A DNA stretch of 64,000 nt from Hyaloraphidium curvatum SAG 235-1. Lineage: Eukaryota > Fungi > Monoblepharomycota. Shown in pieces: positions 1 through 13,351 of this stretch (positions are counted from its first letter, which is position 1; every line of letters starts with the position of its first letter). Made by a program: the position numbers and the translations under genes. Location: contig JAIVFI010000001.1 of assembly GCA_025558095.1 (NCBI GenBank), positions 1,426,001-1,490,000 on the forward strand, read 5' to 3'. The notes beneath the pieces are model-generated. The model was not told where the DNA came from and searched no databases. It saw only the letters and a list, made by a program, of their open reading frames with translations.

Positions 1-3000
1 TCGATGTCGACCGTGTCGAGGGCGAAAAGACGGTGGATGTAGACCTAAGACCGCGAATGAGCCACGTAACCGGAAGCGAAGCATCTCGTGGTTCACCATC
101 GGCTTCGTCTGGCCGTAACGGACCGCACGGCCAATGGCCTGCGTCTCCTTTGCATCGAAGCTGGCCTGCGTCGGGGTCTTGAGCGGGCTCAGGAAGATGA
201 TGTGGTTGGCCACGGTGAGGTTGGCGCCGCTGGCTGTCTCGTTATCGAGGTTCAGAAGGAGCACTCGATGCTTGGAGTTGGGACTCTGGAAGTCGTCGAG
301 GATTTTCGACTTCGCGTTGGCAGTGCCCTTGTCCAACGTTGCGCAGGTGATGCCGGCGTCGCCGAGAGCCTCCGCCACCTTCTTGAACATATCGAAGAAC
401 TGCACAAATATCAGGCAGCGCTCGCCTGCGGGAATCCTGCGCACGATGTCGACGAGTCGCTGAAGCTTGGCGCCGAACTTGCCCGAGGTCTCTTCCGCGC
501 CGACAGAGGAAAGAATCGAAAGGGGCACGACGTTCGTCGCCCGAACAGGGGCGGCGCAAACGTCCGCATCATGCACACAGCGCTGCTGGCCAGCAAAGTT
601 CTTCAGGCAGTCCAAGCAGGCGACGTGTCCGCAGCAAGACAGCACCCCCATCTCGACCCCGTCTCCCTGGTGCGAACACACAGAGCGTTCCAGGGCGGCG
701 TCCCGCTCGGCACCCCCGCGCTGGATGTTCCGGATGGTTTCGAAGAAGCGCAGCGAACGACAGCGACCGGCGAGTTCCTTGCTGATCTTGCGCAGCACGA
801 TGACGCGCTCGCGCAGCTCCCAGATGGTGTCGGAGAGTTTGCCGGACCGGTCGACGACGTCGTACTTCTTGAGCTTCCCTTGGGGAGTGAATCCCTCGTT
901 GTCCATGATCTCCGCCAGGAGCCGGTCCGCGAACCTGTCGCCGCTCAGTCTCAGGGCGAAAACCGAGCGGGCGAACTCCTCAATCGGCGGCTTCGGCACT
1001 TCCGGCGGGTATCCACCGCCAGCGGCGATCTGCAAGGCGAGAATGCGGCAATAGGCGACTTCGCGAGCAAAGTCGACCTGGCATGCCAGACGCTGGTCGC
1101 GGCGGACCTTGGCAATGTCGTCGCAGGCTTCCTGTGCGTTCTCCGCCGTACTCTCCCTGGTGAAGTCGGGAGAGAAGTGCGCAGCACGCTTCAGGAGTGC
1201 CTCCTCGGCATCTTTGCTGTCTGCGAGAACCTCTTGCAGCCGATTGTTCCGGTCACCGACAGAGACATCCTTGAACGTCTTTGGCGCCTTACTGCGTTAT
1301 CGAGAAGGCGAAGTTAGACTGGTGAGACACTCAACGAAGATGGTGAAGACTTACGCCAGCATCTCGATCGAAAGCAGGTGGTGCTCCAGCTCCAGATAGA
1401 TCGTGCGCTCGTCAGACGGCAGGCACACCTGGTGACAGATGTCGGTCCGAGGGATGAGATCGATCTCCGCCACATTCTGCCGGAGGAACTTGTCGAGGAA
1501 AGCCTGCGCAACGTCGTCGCGGGCGGCGTGCCAGGCGGACGAGTGCACCTCGCGATACCCGTGGAACTGTTCCGCCGCAGTCTTGACGGTCTTCTGCGCC
1601 ACAATGCCCTGTTTGTCGTCGTCGACACCGAGGTGGATGCCGAGGAAAGCAGCGATGCCCTTGATGGACCCAAAGTCCTCGACGGGGGGCGTGCCCGAGA
1701 GAATCCAACGGCTGGAAGCCTTGATGCCGGTCATTGCGGCGAGAGGAAGTCCCTCGAGGTACGTATACTCGTCGATGATGAGCCTCTTGAAGGAGAACAT
1801 CTGCAGAGGGGCGCCCTTGATGTTGCGGAAGCTCTCCTTGACGTTCTTGTCCCCGAGGTTGGTCTTCACATCGTCCTTGCGTTTCGGTTCCTTCTTGGGC
1901 TAATCGCAGCGACGGTCGTAAGCGTTTCTGGGAATGAGAGCTCAGACGACTTCTGACGTACCTTCGGCTGCGCCTTCCCAGACTTTTTGCGACCCTGCTC
2001 GGCCAAATCTGCGGCGACCTTGGCGCGTTTCGCGGCAAGTGCGACGGCGCGCTTCTTGGCATCCGCAATCCGCTGATTGACCTCGTCGATCTTGTTGTCC
2101 TTCAGTAGCCGCGTTTGCTCGCGGAGCCCTGCCAAAACGCCCGATATCGTGTCCTGGAAAAGACGGCCTCCGTTCTTGTCGCTCAGGAGATCCTCCTCAG
2201 ATCCCGCGAAATGGCCAAGACGTTCGAGGTAGACAGGCGACTTCAAGAGCGTGGCGTTCGTGATAATGACATCGGCCTCCTGAAGGTCCTTGATCGAGTG
2301 TTTGTAGAGCTGGGCCACGCTGGGAATCTCGAGAATCTTCAGGACGCCCGAAGAAACAAACTTGTCAAACTCGCTCTTCCACTGCTTGCCCAGATGTGCC
2401 GGGGTTACGACCAGGGTGGCCTTCAAGGGAATCAGAGCATCGTCCGCCACGGGAAGTTGGATGTCCCGAGTCTGGCGGATGAGTCCGATCGAAATGGCCG
2501 TCTTGCCGTAGCCGACCTGGTCCGCAATGACTCCTCCACGGGCCTCGACAAGACGGCTAGCATGTGCCTCGACGCGCAGGCCAAAAGCGGGGAGGTCGGC
2601 TTCAACAATCTCCTTCTCCTCGAAGGTGAACTTTTCGGGGTCCTTCTCCTGCTCCAGCATCCAAGACAACGACCTGAGCTGCTCCGGCCTCAGGTTCAGC
2701 TTAAAGCTCGGAGGCTGGGCGTGCTGAGGATCATTCCGGTTGCTGCTCAGCGTGAAGACGCGCTTGGCATGCTCGTGATCGCCGGTGTAGTCCTGAGCGA
2801 GCTTCCACGTGACACGAGGAGGCTGCACGTTGGGCTTCCGTGGCAGCATCGACAAGGCTTGATGCGCAAGGGACGCCGCGTTGAGGCTCAGCCGGAGGAA
2901 CCCAAGCCCCGAGATCGGATCGGCACGGATCTGCACCATGAACGGCGCAGGCCGGTTCTTGATGGCAATCTCGTACTCCGTCGCCTCGCGAGCATCTTCC

Positions 3001-6000
3001 ACCGGCATCCATTGCTTTGCAGTCTGAACCCACTCGATCGCAGGTCCCAGTGGCGCGCAGCTCGAGCATCTCTCGTCAGATGCCTGGTGAGCGCGGCTGT
3101 GAGCGATCTGGCGAAGCGAGGGCAAGAAATGAGGCCTACCGCGGTCTCGCCGGCAATCGAAAGCTCAGGAAGCAAAGACGTGACCCATGCCAACTTCCGG
3201 AACGTGGATGATCCTTCGCGCAGGAGGTCGATGTCGCGCCACGAACTGCTTTTCCAAAGATCATCGAGCTCCGTGCCTTGGACGATCGGAAGGGGGAACT
3301 CGCACTTGAGGACCACGTGGGCGTGCCGGCAGGACGCAGTCGCCGCGGACGTGTCGATGGTCCTGGCAATCTCGTAGTCCACGTTTTGTCGCTCCCCTTG
3401 CAGATGGGCAGGGACAAAGTGCACCGCCTCCGCGGGGACCCACTTGCCCATCACGTGGAGAGGCACGACCTCTGTGCCGGGCTTGTCGTTGGTGCGCCAC
3501 TTTGCGTCGATCTTGGCAACGATTGGGCGGAAGTACTTGAAACCGCCGCGAGAAGAGTCCGTCGAAAACACGAAGGCGTCTTCGTCGAGCGGAGCGGTGG
3601 GCGTAGCGTCGTGGAAGAAGAAGAGCGGCGGCAAACCCCGGTCCTCTGCCGTCTCCTTCTTGCGGTGCAGAGAGTTCTGCGAGGTGCCGCACTTGTCGAG
3701 CAGAACATACGTGCCCGAAATAGGGCGGTCGAGCTCGGCTTCGACAACAGGAGAAGCGGTGACCGCGTACTGGCTCCAACGCTTCGTGTCCTTGAACTCC
3801 GGCATCACGACCCCGAGGCTCGCTTGCCAAGAGTCGACCAACTCCCCCTCGCCAACGAACTCCACGTCGAACTTCTGCTTCGTCGGGAGGCAGATCTCCC
3901 ACTTGCCGCCCGTTAGACTCGAGGTCTCCTTGTCGAGCTTCAGACGAGCCACGGGGTTCTTGAAAAGAGCGCGGAGGTCGTGACCGACGGGCAGATCTTT
4001 GTCCGGCATTCCGAACAGGAGCCATTCCGGCGCCTGCGGCTGCAACCTGAGCTCCAAGCGCCCGTACGGGGACTCGTAGGAAGCAATCCAACACCGGTCC
4101 CGGATCAGCGCGCGGAAGTAGACGGTGGCGCGCTGCATCCGGTGAACCGCGTCAGCCCACATCGTCCAGTCGGCATCCTTGATGGCGCCCTCGCTGCATG
4201 CGGCGCGAAGAGCATCCAGTTCACCAAGTCCGAGCCCGTCAAGCTGGAGGCACATCGGAAGAAGCGACTTGATGCTCTGTTCCACAGATTTGGGCGGCAA
4301 GCGCGACGCAGGAGCCCGCTCGGTCGCGCTGTTCGGGGATTCGGAGGCCTCGGCAACGGCAGAGCTCTGCCGGATCCAATCGGCTTCCGTCAGCTCGGAT
4401 CCGTCAAAGGTGCACGTCAGGTGTTCCGGGCGCCCGCCGCACGACTTGCAAGCCGTGTTGTGGCACGCAACGCACTGCATGACCGTTTCGGCGGCGATCT
4501 TGTCCCCTGCCTCGCACATGCATCGGCGGGAGCTCAGGTTCGCCTGGCGCAGAATGTCCCTGAGCGCAACTTGGGTGGTGCCCGAAAGCGCAAAAGACCC
4601 CCGGTGCAGCGCGTCGTCCTCGACAACATCCGCGGTCGCCCTGCTCTGCTGCTGCTCCGACCCGCCGGGCGTGCCGTCACCAGGATTCAGGAGATCCTTG
4701 CCGAACGAGAGCGCCGACAGCATTGCCGCCGAAATGACGGTCGTAGACATGGCGTTTCCGGCCAGGTCCGCGAGCTGGTCCTCCGTCTCCACCGTCAGGT
4801 GCAGATCCATGTAATCGATTCCCTGGAGCGCGAGGGCCTCGCGACCGGTCGCGGGCCCGCCTCGCGACGTGATGTAGGGGATCATGGACGGCGTGAGGCA
4901 GGGCGACAGGCCAATGTGACCCGAGTGGGTGTTGCGATCGACGTTCTGGGACGCGACGACCCAAAGTCAGGCGACGAATCGGTGCTGCTCATGCAGCCAC
5001 GCACCTGGCTGACGTTCCAGAGGAAAGTCTTGAAGCTGGGATCCGTGAGCTCCGACGTCGCAACCTTGAGGGTGTTGATGTCGAGCAAATCGACGACGCG
5101 CTCCGTCTGCGAGGTGAACCAGTCGTTCCAGGCGAAATCGAGGCCCTTGCAGACGCCGGCTTGGTGCCACGCGGTGAGCGGCCTCTTGTTCCCCAGCATG
5201 TTCTCCTCGCGGTAGCGGGCGTGCCGGGACTCGCACTTGCTCCAGTCGTTCCTGGAGTTCCTGCTCTTGCCCTCGGCGGTCTGCTTGCGGGCGTAGAAGG
5301 CGCGGGCCTTGGCGATGTCGGGGTGGTCGACCGGCAGCAGGTAGCCGTCGATCGGGACGGTCCAACCTCGCTTGAGGCTCTCGACGCGCTCCTTCCACTC
5401 CTCCGAGATGCCCTCGACGCGGCACGCCATGAAGTACCCCCGAGTGCGGGTGTGGGGGATCGAGAACTCCTTCGTGTCGAGCCTGGAAAAGAGGTCGTGA
5501 GAAGAGACTCAACGACGCTCGCTCCAAAGCGAAGCTCACCTGACGTGAGTGCCGAAGTACCCGATCTCGTTGAAGTGCTCCTCGATCGACTTCCCAGCGT
5601 ACTTAGGCTTCTTGCCGGCCTCCTTGGCCTTCTGGATCTTCTCCTGGACGCCCTGCTTGGTCCAGGGGGCACCGCAGACGTTCTCGAGGATGACGATGGG
5701 CGGGAGGTGCTTCTTGACGTAGCGCAGCATGCCGAAGAAGGTCGACCCGGACTCGCCCATCTCCTGGAGGTTCTTCTGCTTGTTGTTGAGGCCGGAGAAG
5801 TCCACGCAAGACGTGCCGGCGACGAGGATCTGCAAGCGAAGGCATGAGAACCAGCCGGCCCGATCGCCCGACGAGACCCACGTCGATGTCGCCGGGCACG
5901 GCGACCAGCGCACCGTACGCCGTGTGCGCCTCGTCCCTCCCGAGCTCCTTCACGTCCCGGAACAGGATCGGCGGCTTGAAGTTGCGCTCGATGTAGGCCT

Positions 6001-8113
6001 GCTTGAAGGGCTCGATCTCGCACGAGAAGACGGATTCGAACTTGAACAAGATCCCGAACTCTTTGAAGAGCGCGTTCTGGATCTTTGTCAGTGCGATGAT
6101 GGGCGCTTCGGTACCCCTGCGAAGCGCGAAGGGAGTCAGCAACCACACATTCACGAAGCAAAGAAGTGCCCACGAGCACATCGTCGCGATCCTCAGAGAC
6201 CTCCCGTTCAGGTGGGCGACGAGCTCCGCGAGGAGTCCCTGCTCCGGCGTCTGCAAAGGAAAGATGAGGCGGCCATCGTCCGGCTCGCACGGGCAACCCA
6301 CGTTCATGCGCTTGACCTGGTCCGAGATGTGCTCCTGCGGCGTCTGGAGCGGAGCGAGGTGCTTGGCGATCTTGCTCTTGTGGGGCGCCCCGCCGTCCTG
6401 GTTCTCGTCCTCGTCCTCCTCGTCGTCGTCCGAGCCCTTCTTGGCCTTCTTCCTGCCGGGCTTGGCCTTGACCGGCTGCTTCTTGGTCGCCTCCTTGGCC
6501 CGCACGTGCAGCCAGTTCGAACCCGAGCCCGAGGCCGAAGCGCGCTCCTCATCCTCGCCCGAGGCCGAATCCTTGTCGGCAGCCCGCTCCTCCCACGCGG
6601 CCTCGACGTCCTCCTCCGACAGGAACTTGACGGGCTTGCCCTTGGGCCGGATGTCGACCTTCTTCCTGTTCACGCCGTTCTCGTCCTCCTCCCCCTCGGA
6701 GCTCTCCTCCTCCTTCTCGGCCTCCTTCTCGGCGCCGGATCCCTCGGCCTCCCCGTTCTCGTCGTCCGAGCTCTTGCGGGCGCGCTTCTTGGCGGGCGCC
6801 TTTTTGCCGGGAGACTTCTTGGCCTTGCCCGCCGCGGCCTTGCCCTTGCCCTTGGAGGAAGGCCCGGGCTTGGGCTCGGAGTCGCCGCCATCGTCCGACT
6901 CGGAGTCGGCGGGGCGCTTGGCCTTGCCCTTGCCCTTCGGGGTGGCCGCCTTGGCCTTGGGCCGCTCCTCCTCCATCTCCGCATCCCCCTCCGATTCCGA
7001 TGCGACGGCAGGGCGCTTCAGCTTGCGGCGAGGCGGTGAGGGCGCCTTTTCCTTGCCCTTGCCCTTGGACTTGCGCTTGCTCTTGGCATCCGAGTCGTCG
7101 TCCTCGGACGCCGGCTCGCTCTCCGCGGAGCTCGACTCGGCCTCCTCCGACGACGAGGACGACGATTCCGAGGGCGAGCCGCTGCCCGCAAAGTCGGACC
7201 CGCTCTCCTCGTCCTCGTCCTCGTCCTCATCCTCCTCGTCCGACGGCGGGTCGACGACCTCGATCTTGTTGCGCTTGGGCTCCGGCTGCTTCTTGGGCGC
7301 GGCCTTGGGCGACGCCTTGCGCTTGCGTGCGGGTGGCGCGGGGGAGTCGTCCTCGTCGGCCGCGGCCGCCTTGCCGGGCTTGCGGACGGGCTTGACGCCC
7401 GACGCCGGCGGTGCTGACTTGGCTTTGGCGGCTGCGAGCGAGCAAGTCGGAGGTTAGCCAGCGACCGCGAAAACCCCAGAGAATCGACCAACCAGGCTTG
7501 GCAGTCCCCACGTCTTCATCTTGCTCGGACGCAGATGCGCCGGCGGGGCTCTTGGGCGAGGCCGCCTTGGGCGAACCGCTGGCGGGCTGGGCCTTGGATT
7601 GCGGCGGCGCCGATGCCGACGCCGGCGCCGCGGCCGGTGCGGGAGATGCCTTGAAGAAGGAGTCGAGCTTCTTCTGGTTGGGGTCGTCCTTCTTCTTGGT
7701 CGAGGCCTGGGCAGGGGGGGCGGGGGAGTCAGCTCGGTTCCACGCGGATCCAAGAGACGAATGCGGCCGGAGGAGGCTCTCCTGCCTCCATTGCAACATC
7801 CTATTGCAGAATAAAGCAGGCTGAGGAGCCTCACCTGGGCAGAGGCTGCGGACTTTCCCTGGGTCTGCTTCGACGGTCCGGTCTTCCCCCCCGCGGCGGG
7901 CGTCTTTGCCGCTGCGGCGCCGTTCCGTGCCTTCGGCGGCGACGACGTGACCACGGTGACCGGCGCAATGTCCTCCTCGAGCATCTCGTCCGCCGAGTCG
8001 ACGACGATGGGGGCCGCTGGGACGGCGGAACCTCCTTTGGCGGTCTTGGGCGGCGGCGCGTCGTCCGCCGCCGGCGCCGCGCCGTCGCGGTCCGGCGACA
8101 AGTGCGTGAGCAT
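1..8113 (-). CDS. DNMT5: DNMT5-family DNA cytosine-5 methyltransferase fused to SNF2 ATPase; multi-exon, 3' end runs off the window
   Basis: MTase motifs LRIATMCS(G)TEAP, FSCEIEPFKQAYIERNF, VAGTSCVDFS, ILENVCGAPW and DLAGNAMS, followed by SNF2 motifs GGVIADQVGYGKT, RLIIDEYTY and RWILSGTPP. GT-AG introns, e.g. 1292-1354 (GTAAGT..CTAAC..GCAG). Start ATG at 8113 is the best guess. Confidence 0.9.
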
Positions 8114-8302
8114 GGCGCCCGCAGCCTGCCGGCTAAAGCGGCTCGAGGCTGCGAGACGCGGGACTTCGAGGGGAGCTCGACGGTTGGGCGCGTTCCGCCC
8201 TTCGCCCCACTCGATCCAGCTGCATCCCGAATCCCATCTCGCAAATCGAAGGCAGCTTCTCATCTCCATTTATTGCCCCTAGCATCAGATACACCGGAGC
8301 AA

Positions 8303-10183
8303 TCACTCGTCCGGCACCGCTTCCTCCACGAGGACCGCGCCGTTGGGGACCAGGCCCACGTCCTTGAGTGTTGCCGCCATGTCGGTAAACTCCCGTCGCG
8401 GGTACGTCCCGACGAGCACAAAGTCCGACTCGAGCGGGATCGGATCCAGGTCCTGGGAGAGGACAAAGTCGTAGACCGTCTGCAGAAGCGAGATCGGTTG
8501 AGCAAAGATCGAGGAATCCGAGCTCGTCGACGCACCTCGATCTTCTCGCCGTCCTCGAAGCGCCGCACCACCCTCGCCCCGCTCGGCAGCTTCACGCTGA
8601 GCTTGGTCGTCCCCGGTCCCGTCGGCTCCGCCAGCGACGCCCACTTCTCCTGCGCCGCGGCCCGCATCTCGGCCTTGCTCCGCTGCTTGGACTGGCGCTC
8701 CCGCTCCTCGCGCTCGGCCCGCTCCCGCTCCTCCTCCTCCTGCCGCAGCCGCTCCTGCTCCAGGCGCTCCTGCTCGAGCCGGTCCTGCTCCGCCTTTTTC
8801 GCCTGCAGTGACGTCGAGAGTCAGCAAGTGCGAACGACTCGCCCGTCACCATCGCCAACCTTCTCCTCGTCCGCCCGCAAACTCTCCCTGTACGCCCTAT
8901 CCTGCTGCTCCCTGAGCCTCGTTGCCTCCTCCCTCTCCCGCCGCTGCCTCCGAATCCCTTCCAGCTGCGGTGCCAGCGTCGCTATCCGCCGCGATAGCCG
9001 GTCCACGAGCGCGTCGGCGGTCGTGGGGCCCTCGATCCGGTCGAAGATGCGCATCTGGGAGGAGTGGGGAGCGATCATGGCCATGAAGGGGTAGCGGGTG
9101 GCCTCGAGGATGCCGGAGACTGGGAGAAACGTTGGTGAGCCCAAGCTTGATGGGGAGAATGGAAGGTCGCGCCCACCCTGGAACGCCTCCGACTCCTTGA
9201 TGTTCCCGCCCCAGATCACGAAGTTGTTCTCTCGCAGGAACGTGCAGACGCGTTCGGAGCACAGGACTTGCCTGTTTGCCGGGCAAGAGGCCACTTAAGA
9301 TAAGAACGACCGCAACCTTCCTCGCCCAGCCCACCTCGTGAAGGCCTCCGTGTCGTCGTGCTCCTCGCTCTGCAGCACAGCCAAAAAGTACTTCAGATCC
9401 CTCTTCGCCGCGTCGAGGGCCTGGTTGTACGTCCCCTGGAAGAACTCGGGGTGCTGCCGTCCGTACTTCTGCTCAAAGTCCAGGAGGAACCTCGCGGCCG
9501 CCGCGCGGGGGTCGTCGGTGCGCCGTCGCGGGGGGCCGCTGCGGGATGCTGCGGATAGCGGCCAGAGGGGGGAGGGGCGGGGAAGGCGGAACTGCGACGC
9601 AACGCCGGGTGGGAGGAGCGAGGCTGCGATGGCAGGAAGGGGATGTGAGCCCAGAAGGTCAGGCCACCGAACATTCGTTCCACCCACTGAAGAAGGCAAG
9701 GATATAAAAGACGATGGAATAGGACAGACGGAACGGCAGCGTGACCAGCCCCGTGACGAGGTCCCCGCCGCTCTCCTGCTCCGGCACGCGCCATGAGCGG
9801 CCCAAACGCGGAAACTCGGCAATCGTGGCACCAACCGCAGCGCCAGCACCCGTGTTCCGCTGCTGCGGGCCCTCCGATCCGCCGTTCGACGCGGCGGCTG
9901 CCTGCCCCGCCGGCTGCTTGCCCTTGCCGGCCGCCTCGGCGGGCTGCTCCGGCGGCGCCTCCTCGCCGCCGTCGTCCTCGATCTCGGCGTCCTCGACGTC
10001 GTCGACGTTGTCGTCCAGAACGTTGTGGATCGCGCGCTCGACGTTAAAGCGGTACTTGCGCAGGATGCCGAGCGCGCGCGCGTTGTCGGCGATGTCCGTC
10101 ACGGCGCGGAACTGCGCGAGCGCGTCGCGCTCCTCGGCGCTCAGCGCGGACAGCGACACCGGGCCGGACGACGAGGACGCCAT
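8303..10183 (-). CDS. UBA-UAS-UBX domain Cdc48 adaptor (FAF2/Ubx2/Ubx3-like), multi-exon
   Basis: N-terminal UBA-like LAQFRAVTD..FNVERAI; UAS-like FEQKYGRQHPEFFQGTYNQALDAAKRDLKY; coiled coil LREQQDRAYRESLRADEEK; UBX VKLPSGARVVRRF..TYPRREF..LVPNGAVLVE. Confidence 0.85.
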
Positions 10184-10408
10184 TTTGGGCGGGGGTTCAC
10201 GTGGAGTGGTCGCAGAACTTACTGGCCGGGCCGCGCATCAACCTGCTCCAATATGATCGAACGGAGGAAAGCACCCGGATGCAATTCGATCTCCCGGTCG
10301 GGAGGGCCGTCAAGATGCTCGTCATCGAAATCAGCGGCAATCAAGGCCGATCCGGAGTTGTCTGGGCCAACAGGCTGCAAGTACAATCGCCTCACTTCAC
10401 AGACCCGC

Positions 10409-13168
10409 CTAGTCGTCCAGGCCCCAGAACCTGAGCCGCTCCTTCAGAGCCTGCTCCTTCTGCGCCTCGGTACGCGCCGCGTCCTCGGCCTCCCGCCGCG
10501 CCGCCGCCTCGGCCTCGTCCTTGGCCGCCAAGATCTTGTCGAAAGCCACGCGGAGCCTGGCGAAGCCCTCCTGGAGCACTTTCGCCAGCTCGGGGTCATG
10601 TCCGGCCTGGTTGGCCTCGTCGGGAGCCGTGGCAAAGCTGGTCCGATCGTCTCCCTCGTCGTCGCTCGATGACGAAGAGTCCGAGCTGTCCTCCGACGGC
10701 GAGCCCGACGATTTGCTGCCGTCAGACCCTGGGCCCCTCCCGCTCTTGGATTCTGAGCCCGAGCCAACTCCCGACGAGGATGAGCGCCGATCCGAGCTCC
10801 GTTGTGTGTCCGACGCAGGCTGTTCGGAGCTATCCGAGTCCTTGTCCGAATCAGCCTCTTCTGAGTCCGCATGCGCCGAGCCCAGGTCAGAGTCCCGAAC
10901 TTGCCCACGTTCCTTGCCGCCGGCGTCCCCGTCGTCACTCTCCGCACTCTCCTCCGCGCCGTCCTGTTTGTCGTCGCCGTCAACGTCCATGCGCTCCTTA
11001 TCCTCCCCCCCGTGCACCTCCCTCCCGAGCCTTCCAAGCGCCTCCTCGTACCACTCACTCAAGCGGTCCCAGCCGTACCCCTTCTTCTTCTTCGGGCGCA
11101 CCCGCTTCACTTTGCCCTCCCTGCCCTCCTTTTCCATGAGCCCAGCAAAATACCCGGTCTCCTTGCCCTGAAGCAGCACGCTCCAGGCCGTCCCCTCCCG
11201 GCCCGCGCGGGCCGTGCGGCCGACCCGGTGAACGTAGGCCTTCAGGTCCCCCGGCGGATCGTAGTTGACCACGTGGCGCACCGATGCTCCGAGGTCCAGG
11301 CCGCGCGAAGCGAGGTCCGTGCACACCAGCACCGCGAGGTCGCCCGAGACAAACGAACGGAGGTGCGACTTCCTCTCCTGCGCCGTAAGCGCCGAGGACA
11401 GGAACGCCGCCTTGATCGGCGGATCCGGCGGCTCATCGCCTGATTCGGCGACCAGCTCGCCGACGAGCTTGAACAGCCGCGCCAGCCTCCCTGCCGCCTC
11501 CACGCTCCGCGTGAACACGAGCAATCCCCTCAGCCCCTCGTTGAACGCGAGGTGAAGTACCACGAGCGGCTTATCCCCCGCGCCGTCCACGTGCACCGCC
11601 TTCTCCTTGAGCGTGGCGGGCAGCGCGTACCGCGACCGCGGGCCGTCGCCTTCGGCCTCGGGCTGCACGTCCTCCGCGTCCGCGGGCATCGCGTCGCCCC
11701 TCACGCTGACCAGCACCGGGTCCTTGAGGTTCAGCGGGGCCAGCTTGGCGGGGTTGCGAGTGAGCGTGGCCGAGCAGAGGATCTTCTGCAGCGGGGTGAT
11801 GGGGAACTGGATCGCAGGGCGCATGTGCAGGTCGGGATCCCAGGTCAGGTCGCGGCGCACGGTGACGGCGGTGTGTTTGGGCAGTTCCGGCCAGACGGGG
11901 TCCGTGCGGATGCCGAAATCGGACCAGGTCAGGGGGCGGCCCGACTTAACCGCGGCGGCGAGGCGGTCCATGTTGGCGCGGTGGATGCGGTCGCCCTCCT
12001 TCTCGGCCGAATCGAGCACGCGGTCCAGCCAGCCGCGGAATTCGTCCTTCAGAAGGCCGTCAGCTTCGTCGATGATGAGGAAGCGGAGGTGCTGCAGCGT
12101 GAACCCGGGCGTCTTGTCCAGGTGCTCGAGCAGCCGTCCGGGGGTCGCCACGAGAATGTCTACTAGGTCGTACCCCTCTTCGACGTCGGTGAGTTTGACG
12201 CCTTCGGCTTCCAAGCTCCGTCCCGAACCCGAAGTCGCCAATCCGACCCGCAGGCCCGTCCCACGGGCGAAGCGCTCAAACTCGTCCCGCACCTGCCTTG
12301 CCAGCTCCCGCGTCGGAAGCACCGCAAGGCACCTGATCCTCGGAATCTTCCTGTGCATAAGGTTGGAGATGACTGGGAGCACGTACGCGAGGGTTTTGCC
12401 GCTCCCCGTTGGGGCAGAGATGAGCACGTCCTTGGGGCCCAAAATCGTGTTCTCGAGGATGTGTGGCAGGGCCACGGCCTGCACGGGGAACAAGGATGGA
12501 ATGTGCTTGTACTTGTTCAAGAGCGCAACAAAGGCCGGATCCAGGGAGAGGGAGGGATCCGAATACGGCGTAGGCACGATGTCCGACGGGATCCAAATCG
12601 GGTTGGCGAGGAAAGCAGGGAGCCCGATGGAGCTGTCCGAACGGCGTTTCCGGCGCTTCTTCTTCTTCGCCGGGCGTGAGCCGCCAGGTTTCCCTGTATC
12701 TGCTTTGCCTGGTGCCTCGTCTGCCGACGCGTCCACATCGGAGCCGTCGCTCTCGGCATCCTCGTTCTCTTCGCTTCCCGACGGACGCCCGCCTTCGGCT
12801 CTTTCATCTGAAGATTCAGACGATGAAGACAACGAAGCCGAAGGTTTTGAAGCCTTTGCGGCCCCGTTGGCGTCCATGTCCTCATCGCTCTCCTCCGCGA
12901 CCCGGGCCGCTTTGCCAGGCTGCACGATCTCCTCGTCGTCCTCATCGTCCGAATTGAACACCCTCTTCTTGCCGGTCGACAGCACAATCGCTTTCGGAGC
13001 CAGAATCCGCTCCCCTCGCGCCAGCACGGCCGGAGATACCCCGTGCACTCGGCCCCGGCTTGGAGCCGACGCGTCGACGGGGTGTTGGTTGCCCCGGCCA
13101 CGGGAGCGCCCGCGTCCGGGTGTCCCGCGACCGTCTGCAGCCTCGTAGCCGCTGTTTGCGCCCTTCAT
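10409..13168 (-). CDS. DBP6: DEAD-box RNA helicase Dbp6/DDX51-like, intronless
   Basis: LFPVQ (Q motif), APTGSGKTLAY, PTRELA, TPGRL, DEAD, SATLTRNP, TDLASRGLD and YVHRVGRTARAG. Confidence 0.88.
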   Translation of the reverse strand: MKGANSGYEAADGRGTPGRGRSRGRGNQHPVDASAPSRGRVHGVSPAVLARGERILAPKAIVLSTGKKRVFNSDDEDDEEIVQPGKAARVAEESDEDMDANGAAKASKPSASLSSSSESSDERAEGGRPSGSEENEDAESDGSDVDASADEAPGKADTGKPGGSRPAKKKKRRKRRSDSSIGLPAFLANPIWIPSDIVPTPYSDPSLSLDPAFVALLNKYKHIPSLFPVQAVALPHILENTILGPKDVLISAPTGSGKTLAYVLPVISNLMHRKIPRIRCLAVLPTRELARQVRDEFERFARGTGLRVGLATSGSGRSLEAEGVKLTDVEEGYDLVDILVATPGRLLEHLDKTPGFTLQHLRFLIIDEADGLLKDEFRGWLDRVLDSAEKEGDRIHRANMDRLAAAVKSGRPLTWSDFGIRTDPVWPELPKHTAVTVRRDLTWDPDLHMRPAIQFPITPLQKILCSATLTRNPAKLAPLNLKDPVLVSVRGDAMPADAEDVQPEAEGDGPRSRYALPATLKEKAVHVDGAGDKPLVVLHLAFNEGLRGLLVFTRSVEAAGRLARLFKLVGELVAESGDEPPDPPIKAAFLSSALTAQERKSHLRSFVSGDLAVLVCTDLASRGLDLGASVRHVVNYDPPGDLKAYVHRVGRTARAGREGTAWSVLLQGKETGYFAGLMEKEGREGKVKRVRPKKKKGYGWDRLSEWYEEALGRLGREVHGGEDKERMDVDGDDKQDGAEESAESDDGDAGGKERGQVRDSDLGSAHADSEEADSDKDSDSSEQPASDTQRSSDRRSSSSGVGSGSESKSGRGPGSDGSKSSGSPSEDSSDSSSSSDDEGDDRTSFATAPDEANQAGHDPELAKVLQEGFARLRVAFDKILAAKDEAEAAARREAEDAARTEAQKEQALKERLRFWGLDD

Positions 13169-13351
13169 TTGGCGCCAAACAACCCCCCACGAGCCCCCCA
13201 GGCGGAAATGGAGCCGTTGTTTACACCTCTTAGACGCCGGCGTCGCGCGCGCCGCGCGGAGCGATCACGATCGCGGGAGCCGTTAGTACCGTTTACAGAA
13301 TGAAGCGTGTAATGAGGAGCTAGCAATCCCACCGTACACTTAGAAATCCCC

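Noticed and set aside
88-1317. Long plus-strand ORFs opposite DNMT5, and similar shadow ORFs throughout (e.g. 14645-16774, 11607-13148, 37909-39051)
   Set aside because: Antisense or alternate-frame shadows of real genes, expected with high GC3; no motifs.
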